This document shows positions 6,503-13,250 of a stretch of 36,131 nucleotides of DNA, piece by piece. The position numbers and the translations under genes are program-made. Each line of letters starts with the position of its first letter. Position 1 is the stretch's first letter. The notes beneath the pieces are model-generated. The model had not been told where the DNA came from and did not search any database. It saw nothing but the letters and a program-made list of their open reading frames with translations. This DNA is from a virus, in the IMG/VR virus record IMGVR_UViG_3300011013_000004, positions 1 through 36,131 of that record; one strand, 5' to 3'.

Positions 6503-6574
6503 CCAATCAAAATGAAAAAACCAATCAAAATGAAAAAACCAATGAAAAAGAAAAAACCAATGAAAAAGAAAGTA
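6503..6574 (+). repeat. Four tandem 18-bp units spanning the leader and start of the ERF gene
   Basis: ccaatcaaaatgaaaaaa occurs twice (6503-6520, 6521-6538), then ccaatgaaaaagaaaaaa (6539-6556) and ccaatgaaaaagaaagta (6557-6574). This gives in-frame ATGs at 6512, 6530, 6542 and 6560. Confidence 0.85.
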
Positions 6575-7078
6575 AGTGTATCTGACTTGCAACAAAAGTT
6601 AAAAGCACCAAAGAACCAGTTTAATAAGTTCGGTGGATTTGCTTACAGAAGTTACGAGGATATACTTGAAGCTATAAAGCCATTGTTAGGAACGGCATAT
6701 ATTAACACTACCTATCAACCAATCTGTATAGGTGACAGATATTATATTGAAGCAGTCGTTTCTTTAATAGACGATGGCGAAGTCCTTGCAATGTCTAAGG
6801 GGTTTGCAAGAGAGCCGGAATCAAAAAAGGGAATGGACGATAGTCAGCTAACAGGCAGTTGTTCGAGTTATGCAGCCAAGTATGCAATCTCTGGACTTCT
6901 TGCAATAGACGACACGAAAGACGCTGATACGAAAGAAGAAAAGCCAGAACTATCTCCAAAGCACGAAAAATGGCAGGGTGCAAAAGTATCATTGTCAAAC
7001 GGAGAAGTGGCAATAACGGATATTAAAAAACATTTCAAGCTAACGCCTAAAAACGAAAAACTATTATGTTTAAAATAA
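6512..7078 (+). CDS. erf: ERF-family single-strand annealing recombinase
   Basis: NQFNKFGGFAYRSYEDILEAIKPLL and TGSCSSYAAKYAISGLLAID match the conserved Erf-family blocks (xFxYxxLEDILxAxxP and GSxxTYAxRYxLxxLLGI). Lys-rich repeat at the N-terminus. Confidence 0.8.
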   Translation: MKKPIKMKKPMKKKKPMKKKVSVSDLQQKLKAPKNQFNKFGGFAYRSYEDILEAIKPLLGTAYINTTYQPICIGDRYYIEAVVSLIDDGEVLAMSKGFAREPESKKGMDDSQLTGSCSSYAAKYAISGLLAIDDTKDADTKEEKPELSPKHEKWQGAKVSLSNGEVAITDIKKHFKLTPKNEKLLCLK

Positions 7079-7731
7079 GAGCAAGTGCCTGTGGTAAGAT
7101 AATGACCAACGCACGTAAAAAAGGAGAACTTTCTAAGACCTGCACCTCATACCTTGAACAATGGGTCAAGGAGCAGATATACGGCAGACAGAAAGAGATA
7201 TCAAGCAAGTATATGGAAAAGGGTTTAATAATGGAAGATGAATCTATTGACTTTGTTAATCGGTATTTAGGTTTTGATGGTCTGATGTTGAAAAACGAGA
7301 AACATTTTAAGGACGACTTTATGACTGGAACGCCGGATGTTATTACTAAAAAGTTTATAGTTGATGTCAAAAATAGTTGGGATTTTAGCACGTTTCCACT
7401 TTTTGGAGGAAAGCCAAATACGGATTATTATTGGCAAGGTCAGGTTTATATGCACCTTACTGGCGTAAATCATTTCAAGTTAATATATACCCTAATGGAC
7501 ACACCAGAGCATCTAATAGAAAGAGAGGCGTTTAGCTATGCGAAAAGATGGGGTTATGAGAAACTGACAGACGAGATTTACAACAAGTTTCTTCATAAAA
7601 TGACTTATAAGGATATTGAAGAAAAGCACAAAATAAAGGTGTTCGATATTCCTAAAGATGATGAAGCTATTGAACAGATTAAACAAAGAGTAAAAGAATG
7701 TCAAGATTATATTAACCAACTAAACTATTAA
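7066..7731 (+). CDS. PD-(D/E)xK recombination exonuclease (YqaJ / lambda-exo-like)
   Basis: N-terminal RASACGKIMT resembles the YqaJ motif. GTPDVI...FIVDVKNS supplies D...(D/E)xK. Overlaps the erf stop, the usual SSAP-exonuclease pairing. Confidence 0.65.
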   Translation: MFKIRASACGKIMTNARKKGELSKTCTSYLEQWVKEQIYGRQKEISSKYMEKGLIMEDESIDFVNRYLGFDGLMLKNEKHFKDDFMTGTPDVITKKFIVDVKNSWDFSTFPLFGGKPNTDYYWQGQVYMHLTGVNHFKLIYTLMDTPEHLIEREAFSYAKRWGYEKLTDEIYNKFLHKMTYKDIEEKHKIKVFDIPKDDEAIEQIKQRVKECQDYINQLNY

Positions 7732-7733
7732 AA

Positions 7734-7994
7734 ATGGAAAAGAAAAAAGCATACTGCGGAAGTGGTAAAAAACAAAGCGACACGTGGATGAAAGCCACAA
7801 TTAATGTTGATAAAATTAAAGACCATATTCAAGAATTTAAGGGTTCGAGATTTGTGAAAATAAATATCAACTTAAAAGAAGAAGATCAATACGGAAAAGA
7901 TGTCAGTATTTCTATTGATACGTGGAAACCAGAAAAGCCAACGCAAAAGAAAGAGGACAAACCAGAGGACAAGTCAGAGGGTTTACCATTTTAA
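7734..7994 (+). CDS. Small protein with an SSB-like C-terminal tip (putative ssDNA-binding or recombination accessory protein)
   Basis: Sits in the position an SSB normally occupies after the SSAP/exonuclease pair. Has a Lys/Glu/Pro-rich tail ending in SEGLPF (compare the D-I/L-P-F tip of bacterial SSBs). I could not verify an OB fold. Confidence 0.4.
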   Translation: MEKKKAYCGSGKKQSDTWMKATINVDKIKDHIQEFKGSRFVKININLKEEDQYGKDVSISIDTWKPEKPTQKKEDKPEDKSEGLPF

Positions 7995-7995
7995 A

Positions 7996-8205
7996 ATGAA
8001 AAGAACTAAATGTCCAGTTTGCGGTAAGAAGCGAATGCATTTTCTTTTGTTCTTCAAAGGCATCTGTGCAGAGCATAGAAGATGGTACGAGGAGTGGCGT
8101 AAAAGTTTTAAGATGCAGCTTTATACTGAACAACAAACTAAAAAGGAACACACCCCTGCTGAGTTAAAAGCATTTGAAGAAATTAAAAGAGTATTACTAA
8201 AATGA
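7996..8205 (+). CDS. Small zinc-ribbon-like protein (69 aa)
   Basis: The ATG at 7996 follows the upstream stop by 1 nt. Sequence contains CPVCGKK...CAEH. The track ORF 7900-8205 is an upstream extension overlapping the previous gene. Confidence 0.45.
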   Translation: MKRTKCPVCGKKRMHFLLFFKGICAEHRRWYEEWRKSFKMQLYTEQQTKKEHTPAELKAFEEIKRVLLK

Positions 8206-8230
8206 CGAAACTATTACTAAATTAACGAAA

Positions 8231-8455
8231 ATGGAAATATATAAACTAACACCACAAGGTAAAAAATTACCCAAAGAAATTAAGAATAAGTCCTTCTATT
8301 TAAAGGAACAGAAAACGGCTGAAGCAGTTGCTAATTTCCTCAGTAAAGTAATAGGGAAAGACCTTAAATGGAAAGCGGAAATAGTTTACGTTATGAGCCA
8401 CGATGAAGCGTTTAATCAGCTTGAAAAAGCAATAGATACTTTCAGTGAAAATTAA
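8231..8455 (+). CDS. Hypothetical protein (74 aa)
   Basis: ATG ORF filling the gap between neighbours. No motif recognised. Confidence 0.5.
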   Translation: MEIYKLTPQGKKLPKEIKNKSFYLKEQKTAEAVANFLSKVIGKDLKWKAEIVYVMSHDEAFNQLEKAIDTFSEN

Positions 8456-8456
8456 T

Positions 8457-8864
8457 ATGTATAAAAGTTTAGGAGGGTTGAAACCTCTCAATTCAGAGGA
8501 TGAAGAAAAACTTAAATCTTTGCCTTTGGACTGGGATGGAATCGCAACTTTAAAACACCCCAGAAACTACGAGTTTCATAAGAAGTATTTTGCTTTGATT
8601 AAGTTAGGGTTTGAGAATCAGGAAAGGTACAAAAACAAAGACCATTATAGATATGTGATGCAGATGAAAGCGGGGTTTTATGAGAGCATAGAAACGGACA
8701 AAGGTACTATATGGTTGCCTAAAAGTATATCTTTTGGCTCAATGGAGAGCCACGAATTTAACGACCTTTACGAAAAAGTATTAAACGAAATAGCTGACGA
8801 CTTAGGACTTGGAACAGATGAACTGAGCCAAGAAGTTGAATGTGAACTTAATGGATTTTATTAA
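8457..8864 (+). CDS. DUF1367-like protein (lambdoid nin-region type)
   Basis: RNYEFHKKYFALIKLGFENQ resembles the RNxxFHRKFFALL block of DUF1367 (from memory). ATG 8457 lies 1 nt after the upstream stop and is preferred to GTG 8445. Confidence 0.5.
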   Translation: MYKSLGGLKPLNSEDEEKLKSLPLDWDGIATLKHPRNYEFHKKYFALIKLGFENQERYKNKDHYRYVMQMKAGFYESIETDKGTIWLPKSISFGSMESHEFNDLYEKVLNEIADDLGLGTDELSQEVECELNGFY

Positions 8865-8971
8865 TGAAAAAGCTGAAACAATTTAACAACTGGTTTAACA
8901 GAAAATTTGGATGGTTCTTTACCAATGGAAGAAAGCAATATATTATAGATAATTTACCTGACAGAAAATGA
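8864..8971 (+). CDS. Possible micro-ORF (35 aa)
   Basis: My own translation: MKKLKQFNNWFNRKFGWFFTNGRKQYIIDNLPDRK. TAATG and ATGA coupling on both sides is the only support. Confidence 0.2.
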   Translation: MKKLKQFNNWFNRKFGWFFTNGRKQYIIDNLPDRK

Positions 8972-9102
8972 GAAAACTAATAACGATAAAAAACTACTCT
9001 TTAAAAGTAAAGAAAACACCCCAGAGAATCTATCAAATGGCAGCAGAGGGAAAGATTAAGATGGTAGAAATAGATAAGGTGAAGTTTATTTTGGAAGAAT
9101 AA
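8968..9102 (+). CDS. Small excisionase/AlpA-like HTH protein (44 aa)
   Basis: My own translation: MRKLITIKNYSLKVKKTPQRIYQMAAEGKIKMVEIDKVKFILEE. The pattern TPQRIYQMAAEGKI...KVKFI is typical of Xis/AlpA-type HTH proteins. Confidence 0.4.
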   Translation: MRKLITIKNYSLKVKKTPQRIYQMAAEGKIKMVEIDKVKFILEE

Positions 9103-9160
9103 AAAATTTTATTAATTTTATCGCAGCTTAACATTCTAAATAGAGTAAAATGAAAATATA

Positions 9161-9227
9161 CCCCAACACCAGAGATAGTAGGTAGCTCTATACCTGTTAA
9201 GCACTATTTTTGTGAGGGGTTTTTTTT
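9161..9227 (+). terminator. Probable terminator ending the second early operon
   Basis: cccc..cac (9161-9169) pairs with gtg.gggg (9212-9219), enclosing a branched interior. Followed by T8 (9220-9227). The stem is imperfect. Confidence 0.45.
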
Positions 9228-9233
9228 ATTAAG

Positions 9234-9899
9234 ATGTCAAAACAATTACCATATTATCAATTTGAACCAGCCGAACATCTTGCGGGGGATATACAAATGT
9301 GTTCTTTAGCTGCTCAAGGATTATTTGAAAATATAAAATGTATTTATTGGATTAAAGGTTGCGAATTAACTTTAAAGCAATTAAAGGGTAGATTCAATGA
9401 ACCAGAATTAATTAAGGAATTGACCGAAAACAATATCTTAAAAATACAAGACCAAGAAATATGTATCGACTTTCTGGATATACAATTCAATGAAATAACA
9501 AAACGTAAAAAGGTACTTTCTGATGCAGGGAAGAAAGGATGGTTAAAGAAGAAGAAACAAGCCACCCTTAAGCCACCCTTAAGCGAGGTTAAAGCACCCC
9601 TTAAGCAATTAGATAAGATAAGAGAAGATAATAATAGTATATATACGGCTGATTTTATTGAGTTTTGGACTAAATACCCTAAAAAGACAGGAAAGGGTGC
9701 TGCGTTCAGTTCGTGGAAGAAACTTAGTAAGACAGAGAAAGATAAAATATCAGATGCGTTAGATTGGCAAATTCTTAGTGACCAATGGACTAAAGATAAT
9801 GGTCAGTTTATACCTAATCCTCAAACCTATCTAAATCAAAAGCGGTGGGATGACGAGCCACAAAAAGCAAGAAAAATGAAAAATCAAGTTTATAACTAA
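9234..9899 (+). CDS. Replication initiator/organiser: DUF1376-like N-terminal domain plus lambda-O/DnaD-like C-terminal domain
   Basis: N-terminal YYQFEPAEHLAGD...LAAQGLFENIKCIYW fits DUF1376. C-terminal FWTKYPKKTGKGAAFSSWKKL...IPNPQTYLNQKRWDDE is the common phage replication-protein tail. A low-complexity linker carries DNA-level repeats. Confidence 0.6.
   Translation: MSKQLPYYQFEPAEHLAGDIQMCSLAAQGLFENIKCIYWIKGCELTLKQLKGRFNEPELIKELTENNILKIQDQEICIDFLDIQFNEITKRKKVLSDAGKKGWLKKKKQATLKPPLSEVKAPLKQLDKIREDNNSIYTADFIEFWTKYPKKTGKGAAFSSWKKLSKTEKDKISDALDWQILSDQWTKDNGQFIPNPQTYLNQKRWDDEPQKARKMKNQVYN
9561..9604 (+). repeat. Four phased 11-bp direct repeats (iteron-like) inside the initiator gene
   Basis: gccacccttaa (9561-9571), gccacccttaa (9572-9582), gcgaggttaaa (9583-9593), gcaccccttaa (9594-9604). 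GC recurs every 11 bp, again at 9605. An AT-rich tract follows at 9607-9646. Confidence 0.8.
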
Positions 9900-10762
9900 T
9901 GGAAGGATTTACTAAAGCAGAAGAACATTACAACGAAGCCCTAAAGCTAAGATCTGAAGGAATTAATGAAGGGCAACGCTTAGAGCTTGGAAAGTTAGAT
10001 GACATTTATCGAGTTAAGCAGGGATGCACTACTTACATAACAGGCATACCGGGACACGGAAAGACAGAGTTTCACTTTGAGATTTTAATACGATTGACTA
10101 AATTATATGGATGGAAACATCTTATAGAATCGCCAGAAACAGGAACATCAGCAAGGATAGTTTACGAACTACAAAGAAAGCTATTAAATAAGCCAGAACA
10201 AGATGCTACTGAGAAGGACTGGGAGTTAGCCTTTCATCAAGTAAATGAACATTTTTTTCTGTTAGATTCAGACAAGAAGGATTTAGATACTATCCACGAA
10301 TGTATTGATAACACCCTACTTGAAACAAGAATAAATACTTTCTCGATAGACCCTTGGAATGAATTAGAACATAACTTTGAAGCATACGGAGGACGGCAAG
10401 ATATATACTTAGCTTATCAACTTGGCAAAATAAGAAAGAAAGCAGAGAAATATAAATTGCATATCTTTATAGTAATACATCCGCATCAGTTAAAAAAGAA
10501 TACATCTGGCACTTATGACGCACCAACGATTTACAACTTAGCAGGGGGTGCTGAGTGGGCAAATAAAGCTCAGACGATAATATGTTGTTATCGTGAAAAA
10601 ATCGTAGATGAAGATGGAAATATAAATAATGAAATGAAAGTAATAATTCAAAAAGCAAAACCAAAAGAAGTAGGATTGAGGGGTGAAGAAAGTATTTTTT
10701 ACGACAAAGATATTCAAAGATTTTACCACAAGGATTCGTTTAATAAAACTATATACCAATGA
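9899..10762 (+). CDS. SF4 (DnaB / T7 gp4-like) replicative helicase ATPase domain
   Basis: Walker A GIPGHGKTEF, Walker B-like FSIDPWNELEH, then HIFIVIHPHQLKK and NLAGGAEWANKAQTIICCYRE, which resemble helicase motifs H3/H4. Confidence 0.7.
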   Translation: MEGFTKAEEHYNEALKLRSEGINEGQRLELGKLDDIYRVKQGCTTYITGIPGHGKTEFHFEILIRLTKLYGWKHLIESPETGTSARIVYELQRKLLNKPEQDATEKDWELAFHQVNEHFFLLDSDKKDLDTIHECIDNTLLETRINTFSIDPWNELEHNFEAYGGRQDIYLAYQLGKIRKKAEKYKLHIFIVIHPHQLKKNTSGTYDAPTIYNLAGGAEWANKAQTIICCYREKIVDEDGNINNEMKVIIQKAKPKEVGLRGEESIFYDKDIQRFYHKDSFNKTIYQ

Positions 10763-10989
10763 ATTTATTTTTTAAAAGACAGGCAATTACTTCAGCGATT
10801 GAAAGCGTCATTGCTGACTTAGAGATAAGACACCAAGCTATTAAGGGAGATTCACAAGCCGTTAAGGTGTTAGCAAAAGAGTCAAGAAGTGAAAAGAAGG
10901 AAATCTTAACACAACATTGTAAGAATTTAAACGAAGTACATAAATTTATAAATGAACAATTTGAATTAATAACTGAACTATCTAAATAG
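10759..10989 (+). CDS. Hypothetical protein (76 aa)
   Basis: ATGA-coupled to the helicase gene. No motif recognised. Confidence 0.5.
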   Translation: MNLFFKRQAITSAIESVIADLEIRHQAIKGDSQAVKVLAKESRSEKKEILTQHCKNLNEVHKFINEQFELITELSK

Positions 10990-11073
10990 CCCTAAAACAC
11001 GTTCTAACGGCTTTTAAAGGGCTTTTAATAGCAAAGTGGTATAATACCCTACAATGACAATAAAACGTCTTAG

Positions 11074-11550
11074 ATGAAAGAAAAAGAAAGGGAAATATTA
11101 AACCGAATAAATGATTATTATAAATTGGACTTAAAAGAATCTAATTATCAGTATAGTCATTTTGACGCTTATAACAAGAATTATATAATGGAGATTAAAT
11201 ATAGAAACATATATTATCCTGATATGATGATTGAATTTAGTAAGTACACTTTTAACCGAGAGTATGCCAAGATGACGAACCGAGATTTTATTTATGTAGT
11301 GGGAACAGAAGATGATTTGTGTTTGTTTAATATTACTTCGTTAGACAATTTAGGTTATGAATATTACTGGCAGTGGAAGATTATGCGAAAACAAACAGAG
11401 TTCAGCGAGAGGGAAGAAATACACAAATTTATTGGATATATTAACGCATTGTATAAGGTGCGTTTTAATGCACTTTATACGTTGTTGAGCGTAGTATTAC
11501 TTACAACGCATTGTATAAGGTGCGTTTTAATGCACTTTATACGTTGTTAG
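11074..11550 (+). CDS. Putative PD-(D/E)xK nuclease-fold protein; the 3' end runs through a DNA repeat
   Basis: HFDAYNKNYIMEIKYRN supplies D-x8-E-x-K. The last 36 or so codons (from 11443) are read from a 62-bp tandem DNA repeat in two different frames, so the true C-terminus is uncertain. Confidence 0.45.
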   Translation: MKEKEREILNRINDYYKLDLKESNYQYSHFDAYNKNYIMEIKYRNIYYPDMMIEFSKYTFNREYAKMTNRDFIYVVGTEDDLCLFNITSLDNLGYEYYWQWKIMRKQTEFSEREEIHKFIGYINALYKVRFNALYTLLSVVLLTTHCIRCVLMHFIRC

Positions 11551-11560
11551 GTGTAGTATG
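11443..11560. repeat. Two tandem 62-bp units, each containing a 30-bp imperfect palindrome
   Basis: aacgcattgtataaggtgcgttttaatgcactttatacgttgtt is identical at 11443-11486 and 11505-11548. Arms gtataaggtgcgtt (11451-11464) and aatgcactttatac (11467-11480) are 12/14 complementary, and the same holds at 11513-11526 / 11529-11542. Confidence 0.9.
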
Positions 11561-11582
11561 AACGGATTAAAAAATCAAAGTT

Positions 11583-11870
11583 ATGAATGAATTAAATAAA
11601 ATAAAAATAGATGTTCAAAGGGAACTGGATATTACATTGATAATGAAACCAACCAGGACAAAGGACCAATCAGAGGCAAAGAAATTATTTATCGCATTGG
11701 CTATTAAAAAAACGGATGTAAAATTAAAACCATTAGCGGATTATCTGGGATATAAAAACCATACATCAGTACATTCGCATTTAATTAATCCATCAAAAGG
11801 TCGAATCAGATTAGATGATTATTTGCAGCAAGATCAAAAATTATGGAATATTTATAATAAACTAAAATAA
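11583..11870 (+). CDS. Stand-alone DnaA domain-IV-like HTH DNA-binding protein (95 aa)
   Basis: KPTRTKDQSEAKKLFIALAIKKTDVKLKPLADYLGYKNHTSVHSHLIN parallels the DnaA C-terminal block (R..R...AR..AMxLxxxLTxxSLxxIGxxFGxRDHTTVxHA). Confidence 0.55.
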   Translation: MNELNKIKIDVQRELDITLIMKPTRTKDQSEAKKLFIALAIKKTDVKLKPLADYLGYKNHTSVHSHLINPSKGRIRLDDYLQQDQKLWNIYNKLK

Positions 11871-11876
11871 ATTAAA

Positions 11877-13244
11877 ATGAAGTATAGTGAATTTTTAGAG
11901 AGTAAAAAACATACAGCCAATAATTACGGATTCAATCCAAATATTATTAATGATGATATGTTTGATTTTCAAAAATATGTATTAGAATATGCCGTAAAAA
12001 AAGGCAGATGTGCCGTATTTTTAGATACTGGATTAGGCAAAACAATTATTGAGTTAATGGTTGCCAGAAACTACACATGGAAAACAAATAAACCTGTATT
12101 GATAATAACACCTTTGGCAGTAGCTTTTCAATTTATAAAAGAGGCGGAAAAATTTGACATAGGTAGTATTGAATATTCAAAAGATGGAAATTATAAATCT
12201 GATATTGTTATATGTAATTATGAGAGGTTAGATAAATTTAATTCTAATGATTTTGATTGTGTAATATTAGATGAAAGCAGCATATTGAAAAATTTTCAGG
12301 GTGCATTTAGGGAACAAATTACATCATTTTTAAAAAGGGTAAAATATAGATATTTATTTACAGCAACACCCAGCCCTAATGATTTTATTGAATTAGGTAC
12401 AAGCTCTGAGGCGTTGGGATATATGGGATATACTGATATGCTAACGAAATTTTTTACAAATAATGAGGACACTATAAATCCGATGAATATAGGAACTAAA
12501 TGGATATTAAAAGGACACGCAAAAAAGAGTTTTTTTGATTGGGTTAGTGGATGGTCAATCTCAATGAGAAAACCATCTGATTTAGGATTTGATGATAGTA
12601 AACATAAATTGCCAGAATTAATTACAAATTATCATTCTATAAAAAATGAAGAAAATTTAGTAGTAAATGGACAAGTGCAATTATTTAATCAGATAGCTCG
12701 CCGTTTAACAGAGGTTAGGGATGAACAGAGATTGACAATTAAACAAAGATGTGAGAAAGCGTTTGAACTTTCAAGCAACCATAATTATTCTGTTTATTGG
12801 TGCAATCTAAATAAGGAAAGCGAATTGATAAACCAAATGGATAAAGATGTACACGAAATAAAAGGAAGTATGAACATAGATAAAAAAGAGGAAATCTTAT
12901 TAGCTTTTTATAATGGAGAAATAAATAAATTAGTTACAAAGCCAAAAATGACAGCATTCGGATTAAATTGGCAACATTGTAATCATACTACATTTTTTCC
13001 AACATTTTCCTATGAGCAATATTATCAATCAATTAGACGATTCTGGAGGTTCGGACAAACATCAGATGTAATTGTTGATCTTATATTTTCAGATGGTCAA
13101 AAAAGGGTATTAGATGGATTATTAGCAAAAGCAGATAAAGCTAATGAACTATTTAATAAATTAAATGCATCCTTAAATTCAAATTATATTGACAATAAAA
13201 AAGAATTCGATAAATCAATAGAAATACCTAATTTTTTAAACTAA
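11877..13244 (+). CDS. SNF2-family (SF2) helicase/ATPase
   Basis: Motif I LDTGLGKT, motif II ILDESS, motif III FTATPSPN, motif VI QSIRRFWRFGQ. Confidence 0.85.
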   Translation: MKYSEFLESKKHTANNYGFNPNIINDDMFDFQKYVLEYAVKKGRCAVFLDTGLGKTIIELMVARNYTWKTNKPVLIITPLAVAFQFIKEAEKFDIGSIEYSKDGNYKSDIVICNYERLDKFNSNDFDCVILDESSILKNFQGAFREQITSFLKRVKYRYLFTATPSPNDFIELGTSSEALGYMGYTDMLTKFFTNNEDTINPMNIGTKWILKGHAKKSFFDWVSGWSISMRKPSDLGFDDSKHKLPELITNYHSIKNEENLVVNGQVQLFNQIARRLTEVRDEQRLTIKQRCEKAFELSSNHNYSVYWCNLNKESELINQMDKDVHEIKGSMNIDKKEEILLAFYNGEINKLVTKPKMTAFGLNWQHCNHTTFFPTFSYEQYYQSIRRFWRFGQTSDVIVDLIFSDGQKRVLDGLLAKADKANELFNKLNASLNSNYIDNKKEFDKSIEIPNFLN

Positions 13245-13250
13245 GAAACA

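Noticed and set aside
7900-7995. N-terminal extensions of track ORFs that overlap the preceding gene. This applies to 7900-8205, and also to the track starts at 8445, 15848, 20691, 28451, 31420 and 34409.
   Set aside because: In each case an in-frame ATG sits at or within a few nt of the upstream stop codon (7996, 8457, 15899, 20718, 28511, 31456, 34415). That matches the ATGA/TAATG coupling used throughout the genome, so the extensions are probably not translated.
8192-8230. 20-bp tandem duplication at a gene junction: tattactaaaatgacgaaa / tattactaaattaacgaaa
   Set aside because: The duplication is real but short and AT-rich. It spans a stop codon and an intergenic spacer, with no associated structure or ORF beyond 7 codons. 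Probably a slippage remnant of little consequence.
5309-9102. Lysogeny module, suggested by the small Xis/AlpA-like HTH ORFs at 5309-5470 and 8968-9102
   Set aside because: No integrase, CI/Cro-type divergent switch or attP-like element is visible anywhere in the 36 kb, and all genes are co-oriented. The HTH proteins alone do not support a temperate lifestyle.
9205-9212. TAttTTTG box 22 nt upstream of the initiator gene ATG
   Set aside because: It lies inside the 3' strand of the putative terminator structure and has no -33 TTTG. It may be a promoter, but the sequence alone cannot support it.
10988-11027. Weak hairpin: agccct (10988-10993) with agggct (11018-11023), then TTTT
   Set aside because: The stem is only 6 bp, the loop is 24 nt and the T-run is short. 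Not convincing as a terminator.
11037-11045. Perfect sigma-70 extended -10 (TGGTATAAT) 29 nt upstream of ATG 11074
   Set aside because: It is a single occurrence in a very AT-rich genome whose other signals are Bacteroidota-type (TAnnTTTG). There is no -35 partner. It may be chance, so I did not call it a promoter.
11443-11560. CRISPR array
   Set aside because: There are only two repeat copies, they are directly adjacent with no spacer, and no cas genes are present. It is a tandem duplication, not a CRISPR locus.
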